Assembly (NCBI GenBank): GCA_013115125.1
Contig: JABANN010000006.1
Span: 62,001-126,000, forward strand
Reading direction: 5' to 3'
Length of the DNA: 64,000 nt
DNA from: Perkinsus olseni
Lineage: Eukaryota
Shown: piece by piece, positions 25,889 to 38,751 of the stretch
How positions within the stretch are numbered: position 1 is the stretch's first letter
Layout: the number at the start of each line of letters is the position of its first letter
The notes under the pieces: generated by a model
The model's database searches: none
What the model was told of the DNA's origin: nothing
Seen by the model: the letters and a program-made list of their open reading frames with translations, nothing else
Position numbers and translations under genes: made by a program

Positions 25889-26952
25889 TGGGAAGTTCTC
25901 CGAGCTGAGGATGAAGTCTCGGGTCTCCTCTGACAAGTGCCACCTATACGCAGTTCATGAGCAGTAATTCTTCGATCACTATTGGTCACCAACAGTAATC
26001 GAAATTCTTCATTCAATAGCCCAGCGAAAGTTCCATTTTATGCGGAACACCGGCATCTATTGACTCCATTCCAAGAAAGAAGGAAGCTCTGTCTGAATAG
26101 GCCCCTCACGGTCCCCTAAGAGAAGCCCTCAGAAAACCACTTACAGAAGGATCGGTGCGAATTGACCGCCGAGAGTCTGTCTCATCCCGAATTTATGCTA
26201 AGACAACCCTTAGAAAGGCCCCAGAGAAATGAGCACGTCGGTGAGAGTCTTACAAGGCGGTTCCGGCGTTGGACTGAACGCACACGCAGCGCATTTCTCG
26301 TTGGACGGCCAAACTCGAGATTATCAGAATCCTCAGCTAATCCGATCCTGCTGTCTCCCCGTTGTCCCGAGGCCGAACGTACTCTCAACTCTTGGGTGGA
26401 ACGAAGGAAGCGTTTTTCCGATTCTTAAAAGTTCTGGTACGGGTTTTCGTGGTCGAGCAGACGATGAGCTGAGTGAAGCCGCTCCTTTTCATAGTCACAT
26501 TGATTCTATGCGTTATCCCGCCCAAATTCGTGCGGGCCGTGACGACATGAGGGTATCTCGCCGTCACAGGCACGGCGTCACTTCCACACAAAATTCCACA
26601 CTTGTAGGGAAGCCTCATGGTTAGCTTTGTAACGCCGAAGCAGCGTGGTCTCACGGCGCTGTTCTCGAACGATCGGAGCTGATCGACCTCGTCTGAGTGC
26701 CTAACAGGAAGTCGTCTCACAGCGTGTGCCAATTTTGGGCGCCTCCACGTTGCATCGTCTCCAGTCAGCTTGACCAGTTCTCACAACGGTGTCGTCGGCA
26801 AGTCGTGTTCAAAGCCGGTGGGATCGGAGTACTGGGAGAACTCCCAAGAGCCCCCTGGGCACTTGAATGGGGAGTACCCCGACTACGTGAAACAAAAAAA
26901 CACAGAAAAGACAGAAACACTTTTATCATCTTCCATGACTCCCGCGGAGCAG

Positions 26953-28595
26953 TCATCTGGGCAGCTCGCTAGTGATGTCTCGGCCTCTTTCCAGCACCTT
27001 CTCCCACTCGACCAACTCAGCACAGCCTTCAATGACGGTGTCAACAATTTCAACCTCACTGCGGCCCAGGACGTCAAGATTCTCGATGAATCGGGTGTGC
27101 TGGAACGCGTCAGTGCAACCGTCTGTTCTGGCTTTGAGCCCCAGCTTGCGGATGATCTGCTCGAAGTCGGGCCGGCCGATCATATTGGGGATCCTCATCT
27201 CCACGCAGACGCGCAGACCGGTACCGAGGTTGCTAGGACATGTCGAGAGATATCCGAGACGTTCGTTGTGCATGAACTCGCGGTTCTGGGAAGCGAGGGA
27301 AGTCTCGAAAGACCGGAGGGTTTCGGCAAGCTTGGCGAAGCACGACTTAACATCGTCCCCCATCCGTTGTGATATGAACTCCAAGTGATCGGTATTATTA
27401 ACCCGAACGCTGAGGTCCCCAGCCTCGGTGCGAAATACTCCTCGAGCGTCGGGCCAGTGGCGACCGATTCCGGAGGACAGCACGGGTCCTGCCTGTGGGT
27501 GAGTGAACTCCCCCAGGCCGTGGGTCGCACCAGAGGCAGCATCCTCCTCGATGGCAGAGAGGCTACGACTCCCGACCAGAGGATGATAGTGGCCATGGAG
27601 ATCGGCCGGGAGGTCCGCCAAAGCCTGCGTGGACAGCCTCTCCACTTCTCGTCGTTCTTGGAAGGATATGCCGGGCGGCAACTTGTACCCTCGGATGGAC
27701 CGCACAGCGCTGGCACAGCAAGAGATGACGTATCTGACGAAGGCGTGATAGGCTCCACTGTAGATACTCCGGGCAGGAGAAACGGGACTGTTGGCGTGAA
27801 GTATTCTGTGTGCAGGGAAACGAGGTTCCCGGTACCGACTTCCCTGTGGGGTCGATACGCGTCCTTGCTATTCGATGGTGGTCTAGATCGTTGGTGTGCT
27901 TAGCATGAGATGGGTAGCCACGGTGCCAGCGATCAATGATGATATCAAACCTGATCAGGAGGATTGGAGTGAATGTTCGGCGAGGAAGAGTGCTGCTTCA
28001 CAGCTCTTTGAAGGTCTCGTAGCTCTCCTCATCACCGGCTACGATGCCGACCTCCCCTCCATCCGCTGCACTGGGGTTATCGATACCGGTCTTGATGCAC
28101 TTTGCAACGGTAACACCTCCAAGGACAGCATGTGGGGTAGCATTCAAGTCGGTTCGTGCTCACCATTGCTCGTGACCCTATCCCGCAGGTACTTGTACAA
28201 GGACGGCTTTTCCTTCAAAACCCTAGCAAGAAGGCTCTCGTGTTTGGCTAGATCGGGAAGCTTTCTAGGAGGCTGAGGGGAATACACTTCGAGCGAGCGA
28301 CAACCAAGGGACAAACCTCATCTGCTGGGAAGGTAGCCCCCACCTCCTCACAGTAGTACTCGTCGTCGCCAAGGCCCTTTCTTATGCGCTCAGGCAAGGG
28401 CTTCAATTCAGGGGCGAGGCTCCTAGGGGGATACTCGGGCCGAGTCAGCTTCCATAACGCTCCCACACCTGAGTGATGCGTCCGCTCTCTCGCTCACAAG
28501 GAGGACTCACCAGCGACTATACTGAGCCCACCCATCAAGGGTGTGACCACGTTGGCCTGCTGGAATGCACGACGGAAATTCCTGGCAGATGCCAT
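26953..28595 (-). CDS. phosphagen (arginine/creatine) kinase homologue B, catalytically degenerate, with possible mitochondrial presequence
   Basis: [17 protein letters not shown]… leader; [79 protein letters not shown]. Confidence 0.85.
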
Positions 28596-28685
28596 CTACT
28601 TTATAGTGACTGTGACGAGCATCCCGCAGACACAGACTTCCGAACACAACCCCAAGTGAAGGACAGAAACAGTCGAGCTAGCCAG

Positions 28686-30139
28686 CTATTTATCAGAAAA
28701 CATGGCTCTGACTTCGTCATCAACATCAATACCCTCCTCGAGCCTGGCCTCTAGCCCCACCAGTTTGGTGCATGAGCGCATGAAGTCATTCGTCAACTGA
28801 ACTTCAGTCAGGCCCATTGTATGGGTGTTCTCGACGGAGCACACATTAGTGCTAGCCTCGGTTACCATCATTCGCAACCCCAACTTCCCGAGGATATCCC
28901 GGAAGTCAGGGCGGTCCATGAGGTTGGGCAGCCTCATCTCCAGCGAGATCCTGAGCCCAGTGCCGAGGTTGCTAGGGCAAGTTGATACATATCCGAGATG
29001 ATCATCATGAGCGAAGCTGCATTCTTGGTCCCGCAGGCCCTTCTCCAAATCGCCGACCATGCGCATGAGCCTCTCGAAACTTCCCTTAACATCGTCACCC
29101 CGAGCCTTCGCGAAGATCTCCATATGGTCGCTGTTGTTGACCCAGATGTAGACATCCCTTTGGGCGCTGGAGAATATCCCCCGGCCATCGGGCCAGTGGC
29201 GACCTATACCCGAGGAGAGGACGATGGTAGAGGCCGGCTCGGGCATCAGAAGGCCCTCTTCCTTCAAGCGGGCCTCCTCACTCTTGCTGAGCGTTGTGTC
29301 TGTGTAGCTGAGGCTGCCTGGCAGAGGGTAATAAGTGCCCTTAGAGACACCATCTAGGCCAGCAAGCGCCGCAGCAATAACTCGTTCGACTTCCCTGCGA
29401 TCTTCGAATGACAGGCTCGGTGGTAAGTTGAAACCCTCCAACGAGCGAACGACACGGATGGTGCAAGAAAGGACGCACCTGCAGAAGAGCGTCGACAGCA
29501 GGGACCGCATGGCGACCCACTTCCCCAACGGATCTATCCGGGCATCTGTCAACTTCTCTGAGTGAAAGTCATGTGGCTGGCAGCCGTCTTTCGGGTAGGC
29601 GTGGAGTCGGCTGATGATCTCATCGAACCTGCTCGAGCCCAGTACCGCCGGTAAGGATAGGGCGCCCCTACAGCTCGCGGAAGGTCGAGTAGCTCTCGGC
29701 GTCACCAGCAACTACTCCGACCTGCTCGTCCACTTGGGCAGAGATGTTATCGATACCCGTCTTGATGCCCTTCCCGAGATTGATGCCTGCGGAAGAGTCG
29801 GACCTCCCGGCCAGGTGTCATCACATCTTCACCATTCTCAGTGGCACGTCGTTTGAGTTCATCGTACAGCCCTGGGTTGCGGCGCAAGACATCTGCAGTG
29901 TGGTTGTTGTGCTGGGACAGGTCTGGTAGACGATCGAGCCACTGAGGATGATACCAGAGGCGTTCACTGAAGCAATTTTGGCGCTCAGAATCGCTTCCGA
30001 GTTTCAGAATAAGTTCATCGAAGAGGATTATTATCATAGAGGCTGTCGCAAGGCCGCCGAGCTCACCTTGTACGGTGGGAAGGTTGCGCCTTTCTCGGGA
30101 CAGTAGTACTCGAAGTTGCCGACCCCCTGCTGGATCCAT
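28686..30139 (-). CDS. phosphagen kinase homologue A, catalytically degenerate
   Basis: [83 protein letters not shown]. Several intron positions are shared with copy B. Confidence 0.85.
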
Positions 30140-30716
30140 TCGTCAACGGTAATAAATTGCTTGTCGAAATAATGGGGAGGGTATCGCTTAGGGCTGAGGA
30201 CTACGTAGATCAGCAGCCCGGTGCCTGACCACTAGTTGCATCACAGGATGGGGACGGGGATGCCTTACTGGTGCCGGCTAGAGCCAAGGCGAGCCGGTTG
30301 ATACCCGGTGCAGGGGCAGAGGCTGGGCGTAGAACGGATGGGTATTGAGGAGCAGCAGCCGCTGCTGCAGACATCCACGGGGGCGGCAACTAGGCTGAAG
30401 CCGTCTGGGGATTTGCTTTTTCATCTGATCTCTCCGGGCCCGCGAGGCCTTGAAGTAGCTAACGTATCGTTAAAAATCCATAGTCGCCTGAGTCGGAAAC
30501 GCGCTCTAGGGCGCGCGCTGTTTTTCCCGGCGGAGCGATGCACGCTCGGGACTCGTGAAGCCGATGCCGTCGAATCTGTGTTGTTGCAAGCCTTCGTCTG
30601 AAGCTCTCGCGCCTTCCTCGCCTCAGGTTGGACCGCGGGACCATCCTTCTGATGCCTCCTCAGTTTATCGTTCTGTATTGTATATTGGGGTGACCCTTAA
30701 TTGGGTTTACTTATAT

Positions 30717-33097
30717 ATGTCGTCATCTCCTAATTCCAAAGTAAAAACGTCCATCTCTAAGCTGGAGACGAGTTCCTGTTCTGCCTCGGACACCCACTCG
30801 AGCGAAGGAGCGCCGTCCAAGGGCGGTGATAGCAGTTCGGACGAGGGCATGGGAGTCCTCCTGAAGACCAGCCAGTTCCAGGAAGGTGTTAAGGGGCTTG
30901 AGAGTCATGATTTCTTCTGGGACCATCCTACCATACACGAGGGCTCCATCCCAGTAGGGCCGAGTGGTCATCTGGACCCCCAAAAGCCCTCCTCGTATAG
31001 CCCATTCGTCGCTCAGTGGACTAAGTGGATTCTAACCCTCATTGAGGGGGCCGTCATAGGGATATGTCGTGGCGTTATTCTAATCGGTTCGCACTGGCTA
31101 CTGGTGGGTAAGACAGAGGCTATGATACACTGGTTGAGGTCGGATAACCCCGGTTGCGCCATGCTCATCTGGATAGCCATCGGCGTGCCGTTGATATGCT
31201 TCATCGCGTTCGGCGTCTCCTACATGTCCCCTCTGGCGGGCGGTAGTGGCATCCCCGATGTAAAGGCCTACCTTAATGGTGTCATGGTACCAAAGTTGAT
31301 GCGGTTCTGGGGCATCGTCTGGCGTATTCTAGGGCAGATCGTTGTGGTCGGCACAGGGCATTACGCAGGTACGGTCGAAGTGTTTCCCGCGGTTTTTGGT
31401 ATCGCTGTGCTTGATCAGGTAGTGAGGGTCCCATGGCCCATCTCGGTGCAATTGTGGGTGCTGCGGTAGCGCAAATGCACGCGAGAAACAAATTTTACCT
31501 AAAAGCGCTGCTGCCATTTTCTACGCAAAAAGTGAAGGACGAATTCGTATCCATGGGCGCCGGTATGGGTGTGGCCACGGCCTTCGAGGCTCCTATTGGC
31601 GGCATGCTCTTCACACTGGAGGAAGCATCAACATACTGGAACCGCGAGTTGTACTGGAGATGCTTCATAGGGTGCATCATTGCTAGTTACATGACGCGGT
31701 TGACGTCCCAGTACTTCCAGTGTAAGGTGGAAGGCTCGTGCGTCAACCTCGCTGGTGGTATGCAATTCCCGGACGCCGACGACAGCTACTTCCACGTCTG
31801 GGAGTTCGCCTGCTTCATCCTCCTGGGCATCTTCTTCGGGCTGATGGGGGCTCTCTTCTGTCAGGGCGTGCGCTACTTTCAGTACTACAGACGGGTCTTC
31901 TTCCATCTGTACTCGAACGGGAAGGATCGTCGTCGTTTTGGACAGGTTATCGAAGCCGGCCTAGTGATGGTCATCACAATCCTGCTCGCCTACGGGGTGT
32001 CCTGGTCCGAGATGGGCGCGTGCAAGCCCCTCGATGGGCAAGATTACATCCCAAATGACGGTATTCAGGCAGCTATGTGTGACGAAGGCGTCGACATGGG
32101 GTACTACAACCCGTTTGCGGCGATGCTCCTCACTGATAGAGACACATCGGTGAAGTGGCTCTTCTCGCCTCGCCTTGGAGACTCTGAGTTTCCGCAGGGT
32201 CAACTGGCAGCCGCTGGCTTCATTATATTCTTCCTCACTCTACTTACCTACGGCGTCGCCATCCCTGCTGGCCTGTTCGTCCCCAACATTATGCTGGGTG
32301 CGTGCTTTGGTCGATTGTTTGGTCTCTGGGTCGGCGACTGGGCATCCTCTCCGGGCGTGTACGCTGTGATGGGGGCTGCGGGTATGATGGCGGGCTTCAC
32401 CCGAATGACCATTAGTCTCACAGTCATCGTTATCGAACTGGTTGGAGATCTGCGGCTACTCCCTGCGGTGATGGTCACTGTAGTGGTGTCGAAGCAAGTC
32501 GCTGATATGTTCAACAAGGGGGCGTACGACATAGTCTCTGAGCTCCGAGAGTATCCCTATATCGAGGAGCTCAGTATCTATGACAAGCGCAACATGATGG
32601 GCAAAGATATCACCTATCGGATGTCCCCGGCACCATTGTCGGGTTTCGGCGAAGTAGAGACCCTGGGGAGGATCCAAGAGGTCCTGTCGAGCTGCACGCA
32701 CAACGCCTTTACCATCGAAGATGAAAACCATAAGTTGATCGGCCTCGTGCTGCGGTCGGAGATTGTCGACTGGGTTAAGTCTAAGGGTGGTCTTGTCCCT
32801 GCCTCTTGTCGGTTGAATTTATTGGACCTGTGTAATCGTACTCCGACGATCGTGTCCGAGTTAACACCACTGGAGAAGGGGTATACCATCTTCCGTAATC
32901 TGGCTCTCCGACACATGCTCGTCGTGGAGAAGGACGACGCTAACCATGTTGTTGGTATGATCACTCGGAAGGACATCATCGCGGCCATGGAAGATGCAGC
33001 TGATGAGTACAAGGACTCCAAGGGAGGAAAGGATGCCTACTGTCATTCTTCCACCTCTGCGGCCTCGAGTCCGAGTACCATCGAAGACGTCCTGTGA
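30717..33097 (+). CDS. CLC chloride channel / Cl-/H+ antiporter with C-terminal CBS pair (2 exons)
   Basis: GSGIP, G|SEGP (intron 31369-31418), AFEAPIGGMLFTLEE, GLFVP, RMTISL, GAYD, then CBS domains. Confidence 0.95.
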
Positions 33098-33624
33098 CCG
33101 TCCTAGGCGCCGCACTCTGCACTAGCAATAGCGCTTAACGTTTATTCCCGCCACTTTGGCTTGTGCAACGCACGACAGCGACGACGGCGTCGCCTTTCCC
33201 CTGTAATCGCGCTTTAGTCTTCGACTTTCATCGTCGTCGTCGTTCGGCTTCGTTTCGGTCATTACTGTTGTTATCCAGGTGGCGAGCCTCCTTGGCCCCC
33301 TCTGCAGAAAAGGGCGAAGACACTTGTCCGCGCGAGTGGCGGCTGGCTATCTCGTGTGATTGGCCCCCTTGCTCGCGCTCCTCCTATTTCTTTCTGTTGT
33401 TGCTATTGGTACTCTGTGAAAGAGGACACTGTTGACGATAACGGTTCCGAAGTCGTTGGTAGCGTCCTTTGTTTCTCCCCATCACGTGAGATCGTGATGG
33501 AGTTCTATAACACTTATAGTATGCATTGAACCCCCTGTTGAGTTGTATCTCAGCTAGCGATTGGTGTGGTATTGTCACTGATGGACAGTCCGTATGAATT
33601 AGTTTTTTCAACTCGTTTTTACCT

Positions 33625-35939
33625 ATGCGTCCTTTAATACCAAACACCTCCTCCCTTGCTTCGGAGATCCCTCCTCCGCATGAGGATAGTGGTGAGGAGG
33701 ATGGAGATGCTACAAGAGAGGCGCTGTTGACAGCCGCGGATTTCTCTTGTCCTAAGCCGCCTCCGTTTGAGAGCTTCGACTACTTTGTTGATCAACCCTC
33801 GAAGCACCGCGAAACCCTGCTAGTCGGCCCCACCTGGAGCCTGGATAAGTCAGACCCGGCCCACTACCGTCCACGTACCACTGTGTTGGTAGGCTGGTTG
33901 TTGGTCATTCTGGCAGGCCTCCTTGTGGGGTTGCTCAGAGCAGTCATTCTCATGGGGTCCTACTGGTTGTATCGTGGCCGCCTTATGGCCATGATCGTTG
34001 CCATAAACTCGACCACGAGTGGTCTGGGCCTAGCTCTCCTCATATGGCTTCTGATTGGCGTCAGTCTTGCAGCACTTATCGGAGCGCTAGTGGCCTACGT
34101 TGAGCCGCTCGCCGGTGGAAGCGGCATACCCGATGTGAAGTCTTACTTGAACGGTGTCATTCTACCGAGGCTCCTGAAGTTCAGGGCGTGCGCGCTGAGG
34201 GTTTTGGGACAGATTGTGGTGGTCGGAGTCGGCTTTTATGCGGGTAAAGCGGGGTTGGTTTTTTCGATGATTTTATGTCTTTCTTGGCTTGGTCAGGTAG
34301 CGAGGGCCCGATGGCTCATCTTGGGGCGATAGTCGGCGCTGCCGTAGCACAGATGCACGTCAGAAATTTTTTCCAGCTAAGAGCTATGCTGCCCTTCTCG
34401 AGTCACAGAATCAAGTACGAGTTCATTTCCATCGGCACCGCGATGGGAGTGGCGGCAGCGTTCCAAGCTCCTCTTGGTGGTATCCTGTTTTCTCTGGAAG
34501 AGGCGTCCACTTATTGGCGCGCCGAAACTACTTGGCGTGCTTTCTTCGGTTGTATCATCGCCAGCTTCACGGCTAAACATTTATCAGCTTTAGTGAACTG
34601 CCCCGACCCCTTCGATTGTTATACAGTACGAGCTTACTTGCAGGCCTTGCCTGAGGAACGAAGCTTTCGAGTGTGGGAGATCTTCGTCTGCGCCCTGATC
34701 GGTATCTTTTTTGGCCTTCTGGGCGCCCTATTCTGTGCCGGTGTGAAGTTTATACAGTCGAGGCGCCGAGCGTGGTTCCACCTCTTCTCGATGGGCCAGG
34801 ACCGCCGGAGAGCCTGGCGAGTGGTGGAGGTCATCATCGTCATAGTCATGACCATTTTTCTCTCCTTTGGCCTGTCTTGGGCATTTTTCAACGACTGCAA
34901 AGCCGCGAGGCCCGACGCTATCGTCACTGACGAGGGCATTGCTGGTGCGATGTGTGATGAGGGACAGAACGGAGGAAGTGTGAATCCTTTGGCAGCTCTT
35001 CTGGTGTCGTCTCGCGATGATGCTATCCGGTTCCTCTTCTCCCCGTACATGGGGGCGACCGAGTACTCAGCTGGTGTGCTGATTCTAGCAGCTGTTGTCA
35101 TCTTTGTTCTTACTCTATTAACCTATGGTTTGGCGATCCCTATGGGCCTGTTCATCCCTAATATCATGATCGGTGCTTGCATTGGTCGACTGATTGGTAT
35201 CTGGATGCACCCAATAGGGGGGTCCGTTAGCTCCTATGCTGTCGTTGGTGCCGCTGGGATGCTGGCAGGGTTCTCGAGGATGACCATAAGCCTCACCGCC
35301 ATCGTTGTTGAGATCACTGGGGATCTGCCACAGCTTCCCTACATCATGATCACTGTGATCGTAGCCAAGCAAGTTGCAGATTTGTTCACTAAAGGCGCCT
35401 ATGATTTGGTACTGGAGATTCGGCAGGTCCCGTACTTGGAAGAGCTTGATGCGCATCATGAGTATGCGATGAGAGGGAAGAGCATAACATATAGAATGTC
35501 ACACGCTCCTCTTGTGGGCTTCAGCCCGGTAGAAACATTCGGGAGAATTCATGACGTGCTGACAAACTACATGCATGGTGCTTTCCTTGTGGAGGAGCAA
35601 AGCAGGCTCCGAGGTTTGGTGTCGAGAAGTGCGATAGTCGACTACTTGTGGCGGAATGGTCCGGTGTCGCCGCATGAGACTCTGGGGGTCGTGGAGCTCG
35701 CAAATCGATGTCCTCTCACAGTACCAGAATCCTTCCCTCTGGACAAGGGTTACAACCTGTTCAGGCAGCTAGGCCTGAGACATTTACTAGTAACTTCTGG
35801 GGAGGATTCGGACAGAGTTGTCGGACTTGTGTCTCGAAAAGACCTTTTCCTCGCTTTGACAGACTGTGATCACGAGAGCTCCATCGATGTTACACAGTGC
35901 GACGCTTCCGCGAGCTCTACTGGATCACCAGATGTATGA
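33625..35939 (+). CDS. CLC chloride channel / Cl-/H+ antiporter, tandem paralogue (2 exons)
   Basis: GSGIP, G|SEGP (intron 34244-34296), AFQAPLGGILFSLEE, GLFIP, RMTISL, GAYD, CBS domains. Confidence 0.95.
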
Positions 35940-35988
35940 GCATGGCTGGAGCATGATCATCACTCCTGTCTTGTGGGCTCAATGCTCA

Positions 35989-36760
35989 CTACTTCGGTGT
36001 TATGCTGGCATCGCATCGCTCCGTCGATGCTTGTCGTTTGGTCTTGTGCTTTGTCTTCGTCATTTCCATGTCTGCCTTGTGGCGAACTATAATATATCGA
36101 TCAACATATTTCTTCGGCATTATTAGCTCATCTTCGTCTCCTGAATGTGTTCGTGTTGTCACAGGAGCTCGGGATGTCAATAATTCAACGAAAGAGTATC
36201 CTGATGTCGTAGAACTTGTCTGATGCTGGGAGAGGTACGTGGATGGTACACACTGTCCTGGGTGCAAAGCTCGTAGGGCGAAAACCAAGCTATAATACTC
36301 TCCTACTATCTGGTTGTAGGCGATCTTGTCGGGAACTTGCGAAGGAAATGGCTGTTCCGGGTCTCGGAAGGGACTCATCCCGCATCGATGGTTGAGTGAT
36401 TGCCACTGAAGGGGCACTTGAGTTGTCGCTGCTGAGTGCAGCCGGACGGAATGTAGCGGAAATCGAAATAGCTGATCCTTCCGGTGAGAATTCAACGGGT
36501 ACGCGGCTGTGAACTCCGTGGACTCCACGGCGTGGAGTTCTGTCCAACCACTACTTTTATCGCCTGAAGCTTGGGATGTGGGGCCATCCGCCTGCCGCTG
36601 AGGGCCTGCGATGTCCAGAGCCCCGTGACTCCACTGCTGCAGTCACGTTTTACGCAGGTTGTTGGGACCCTCCCGGGTAACAAGGTAACGGTCTTTGTTC
36701 AATGCTCCCCCTCTCAGGCTAGCATTCTTGCCAGATTGCAGAATCTTTCGAACTCAGCCA
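35989..36760 (-). CDS. hypothetical protein, boundaries uncertain
   Basis: ORF 35989..36528 can be extended upstream through a plausible GT-AG intron (…EGPNNL|RPQRQADG…); no family recognised. Confidence 0.3.
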
Positions 36761-37216
36761 AGCCAGGTTTCGGTCTAATAGAGCCGTTGCTATAAATGAG
36801 TGGAAAAATCGCTAGCTCTTCGGTGGAGTATGCACTCTGGTTCGAGTTGTGTCAGGTCGAGATTCCTTATTACGAGCCTCGCGGGAAGCGACTGATCCGA
36901 GAATCTTGGAAAACACAACATCTGGGCTAGAGGGCTCGAAGGCAACTATCCCTATACTTATACTTCTCATCACACAGAGCAACGACGACCACCAGATCAG
37001 CAGCTAAGGAGTACAAAATCTTTGACCTCCGAGAAAAAGTTCGAATGAAAAAGTCTGTAGGCAGGCAGTCTGAGACTGCCGGCCTTCAACGGTCGTTTGG
37101 GGCATTAGCTAGGAGCATATGCAAAAGTGACGACCAAAAAGAGAGAGCGACCAATTGGATGTATAGCGGGGGTCTCCGGGTCGCGGACCCAACAGGACAT
37201 TGACCCAGCTAGTCTC

Positions 37217-37630
37217 CTACGCAGAAGTTCTGCGAAGGAGGCTGGGTCCTGTGGCAGAGCACACAGGAGATAGCTTGGTGGGGGAGGGCAAGGGCTCAGT
37301 CAAACCGGTGCATGTATAGAGTGTCTCGGTGCAGCCCAACTTGGTCATGCAGGTAGCACATGAGTCACCAGAAGGGGTGACGAAGCACTCATTGAGACAG
37401 CCCCGGGCACACCTCCCGTAGTCGTCGAAGCAAGAAGCACATCCCCTGGTCATGTTGCAGCCGGTCTCGAGACATTCCGAAATGTACGAGTCCTGGATGA
37501 AGGCCGTCTGGGTGCAGTACCAAACGAACTCGGAGAAGACGTCGCCACCCATCAGCCCGAGGTCATCGTTGCTGCAGGCGTCTTCGGCGGCAACAGCGGC
37601 AATGGCCAGGATGCTAACGATGAAGCGCAT
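37217..37630 (-). CDS. secreted 14-Cys protein, paralogue 1 (divergent, acidic)
   Basis: Signal peptide MRFIVSILAIAAVAA; 14 Cys with the same spacing as the five + strand paralogues; CTGL…P.PT tail; no intron. Confidence 0.9.
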   Translation of the reverse strand: MRFIVSILAIAAVAAEDACSNDDLGLMGGDVFSEFVWYCTQTAFIQDSYISECLETGCNMTRGCASCFDDYGRCARGCLNECFVTPSGDSCATCMTKLGCTETLYTCTGLTEPLPSPTKLSPVCSATGPSLLRRTSA

Positions 37631-38751
37631 TTACGAGTAGGTGGGGTTGAAAGCGTCTGAGGAGCGGAGCGGGAGACGGGCGAAAGCGAATGGGTGATGC
37701 ACTGAAGACAAAATAGCTAAACTGGCGGGACGGCGCTTGGAGACAATCAGGCGTCTCGTACGCGTCCCTGGAGAACAGCATTGGAGGCTTTCGTGCGGTA
37801 TACATCGGCCGGTTCCCACTGGAAATTGAATCCGATATACGTCTAGGAGAACGAGGCCGCCGGGAGTGCCCAGAGGCTCAGAAGGAGCAGTGTATTCACC
37901 AGGAGTGCATGTCTGCATGTGCTGGAGTTGGGCGACCATTGGACTCCACCGGAGACAGCGGGCGAAAACCACGCTCACTTGCGCATAGACGTGGGCGAGG
38001 TCACTCATGATGAGGTATGCTCATCCACAGCTTAAAGGCCTACAACTGTGAGTCTTGTCCAAGTCCAAAACTAGGCCAGAACACGAATCCCGTCCGCCGC
38101 CTGATGATGAGCTGTCCGCGACGTGGCAACGGCTGTCCCGCCCTAGAACTCCATGGACTGGCAGATTACGACGTATACATTATGTCTGGTATGATTATCT
38201 GCCCTCATTCGATATCAATTCTATTGTCCCTCGCAATGGGATTAACTGCGTCTCTGAGACTCTGGATTTGAAGCTGATTGCCCTGCGCGCCGCACTGGTC
38301 GACCTGAGTGCACCTTAGTCTGCGACGCTGTCATCAACTCGGGACCCTTGGAGACAATCCCGCAGACCCTCGCCCTCTTCCTCCCGGTCCTGCGCTCGAA
38401 TGCCCGTCCTCTTCCGCACTGCTCACGGCGGATGAAGTCCCTTGGTCAAGTCCGCTCGGGATCGGAGAATGAGAAGATTCGCTGAAATTGGAGGTGGAAT
38501 CGCCGATCGAGAGAGTTGAATTGAGAGTCGACATGGAGCATTTGTGATGGGATATCATCGGTACCACGACCCCTCCAACTAACTGATGAGTTGGTGGACG
38601 ACATGCTTGCTTGTTCACGACGAAGCTCATTTTCACGAGATTATTCTTCCCCGAGATTATCCTCTGACGGTGTTTGCGTTGTCAAAGAGACACCGGGTGG
38701 ACGGGTCAGTGCTGAGGTCTCGTCAAGTCTTTTAGCTTTGGCTTTGCTTTA

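Noticed and set aside
26953-30139. A single two-domain phosphagen kinase
   Set aside because: Copy A ends in a stop at 28686 and copy B has its own ATG and targeting-like leader at 28595; two genes is more parsimonious, though RNA-seq should confirm.
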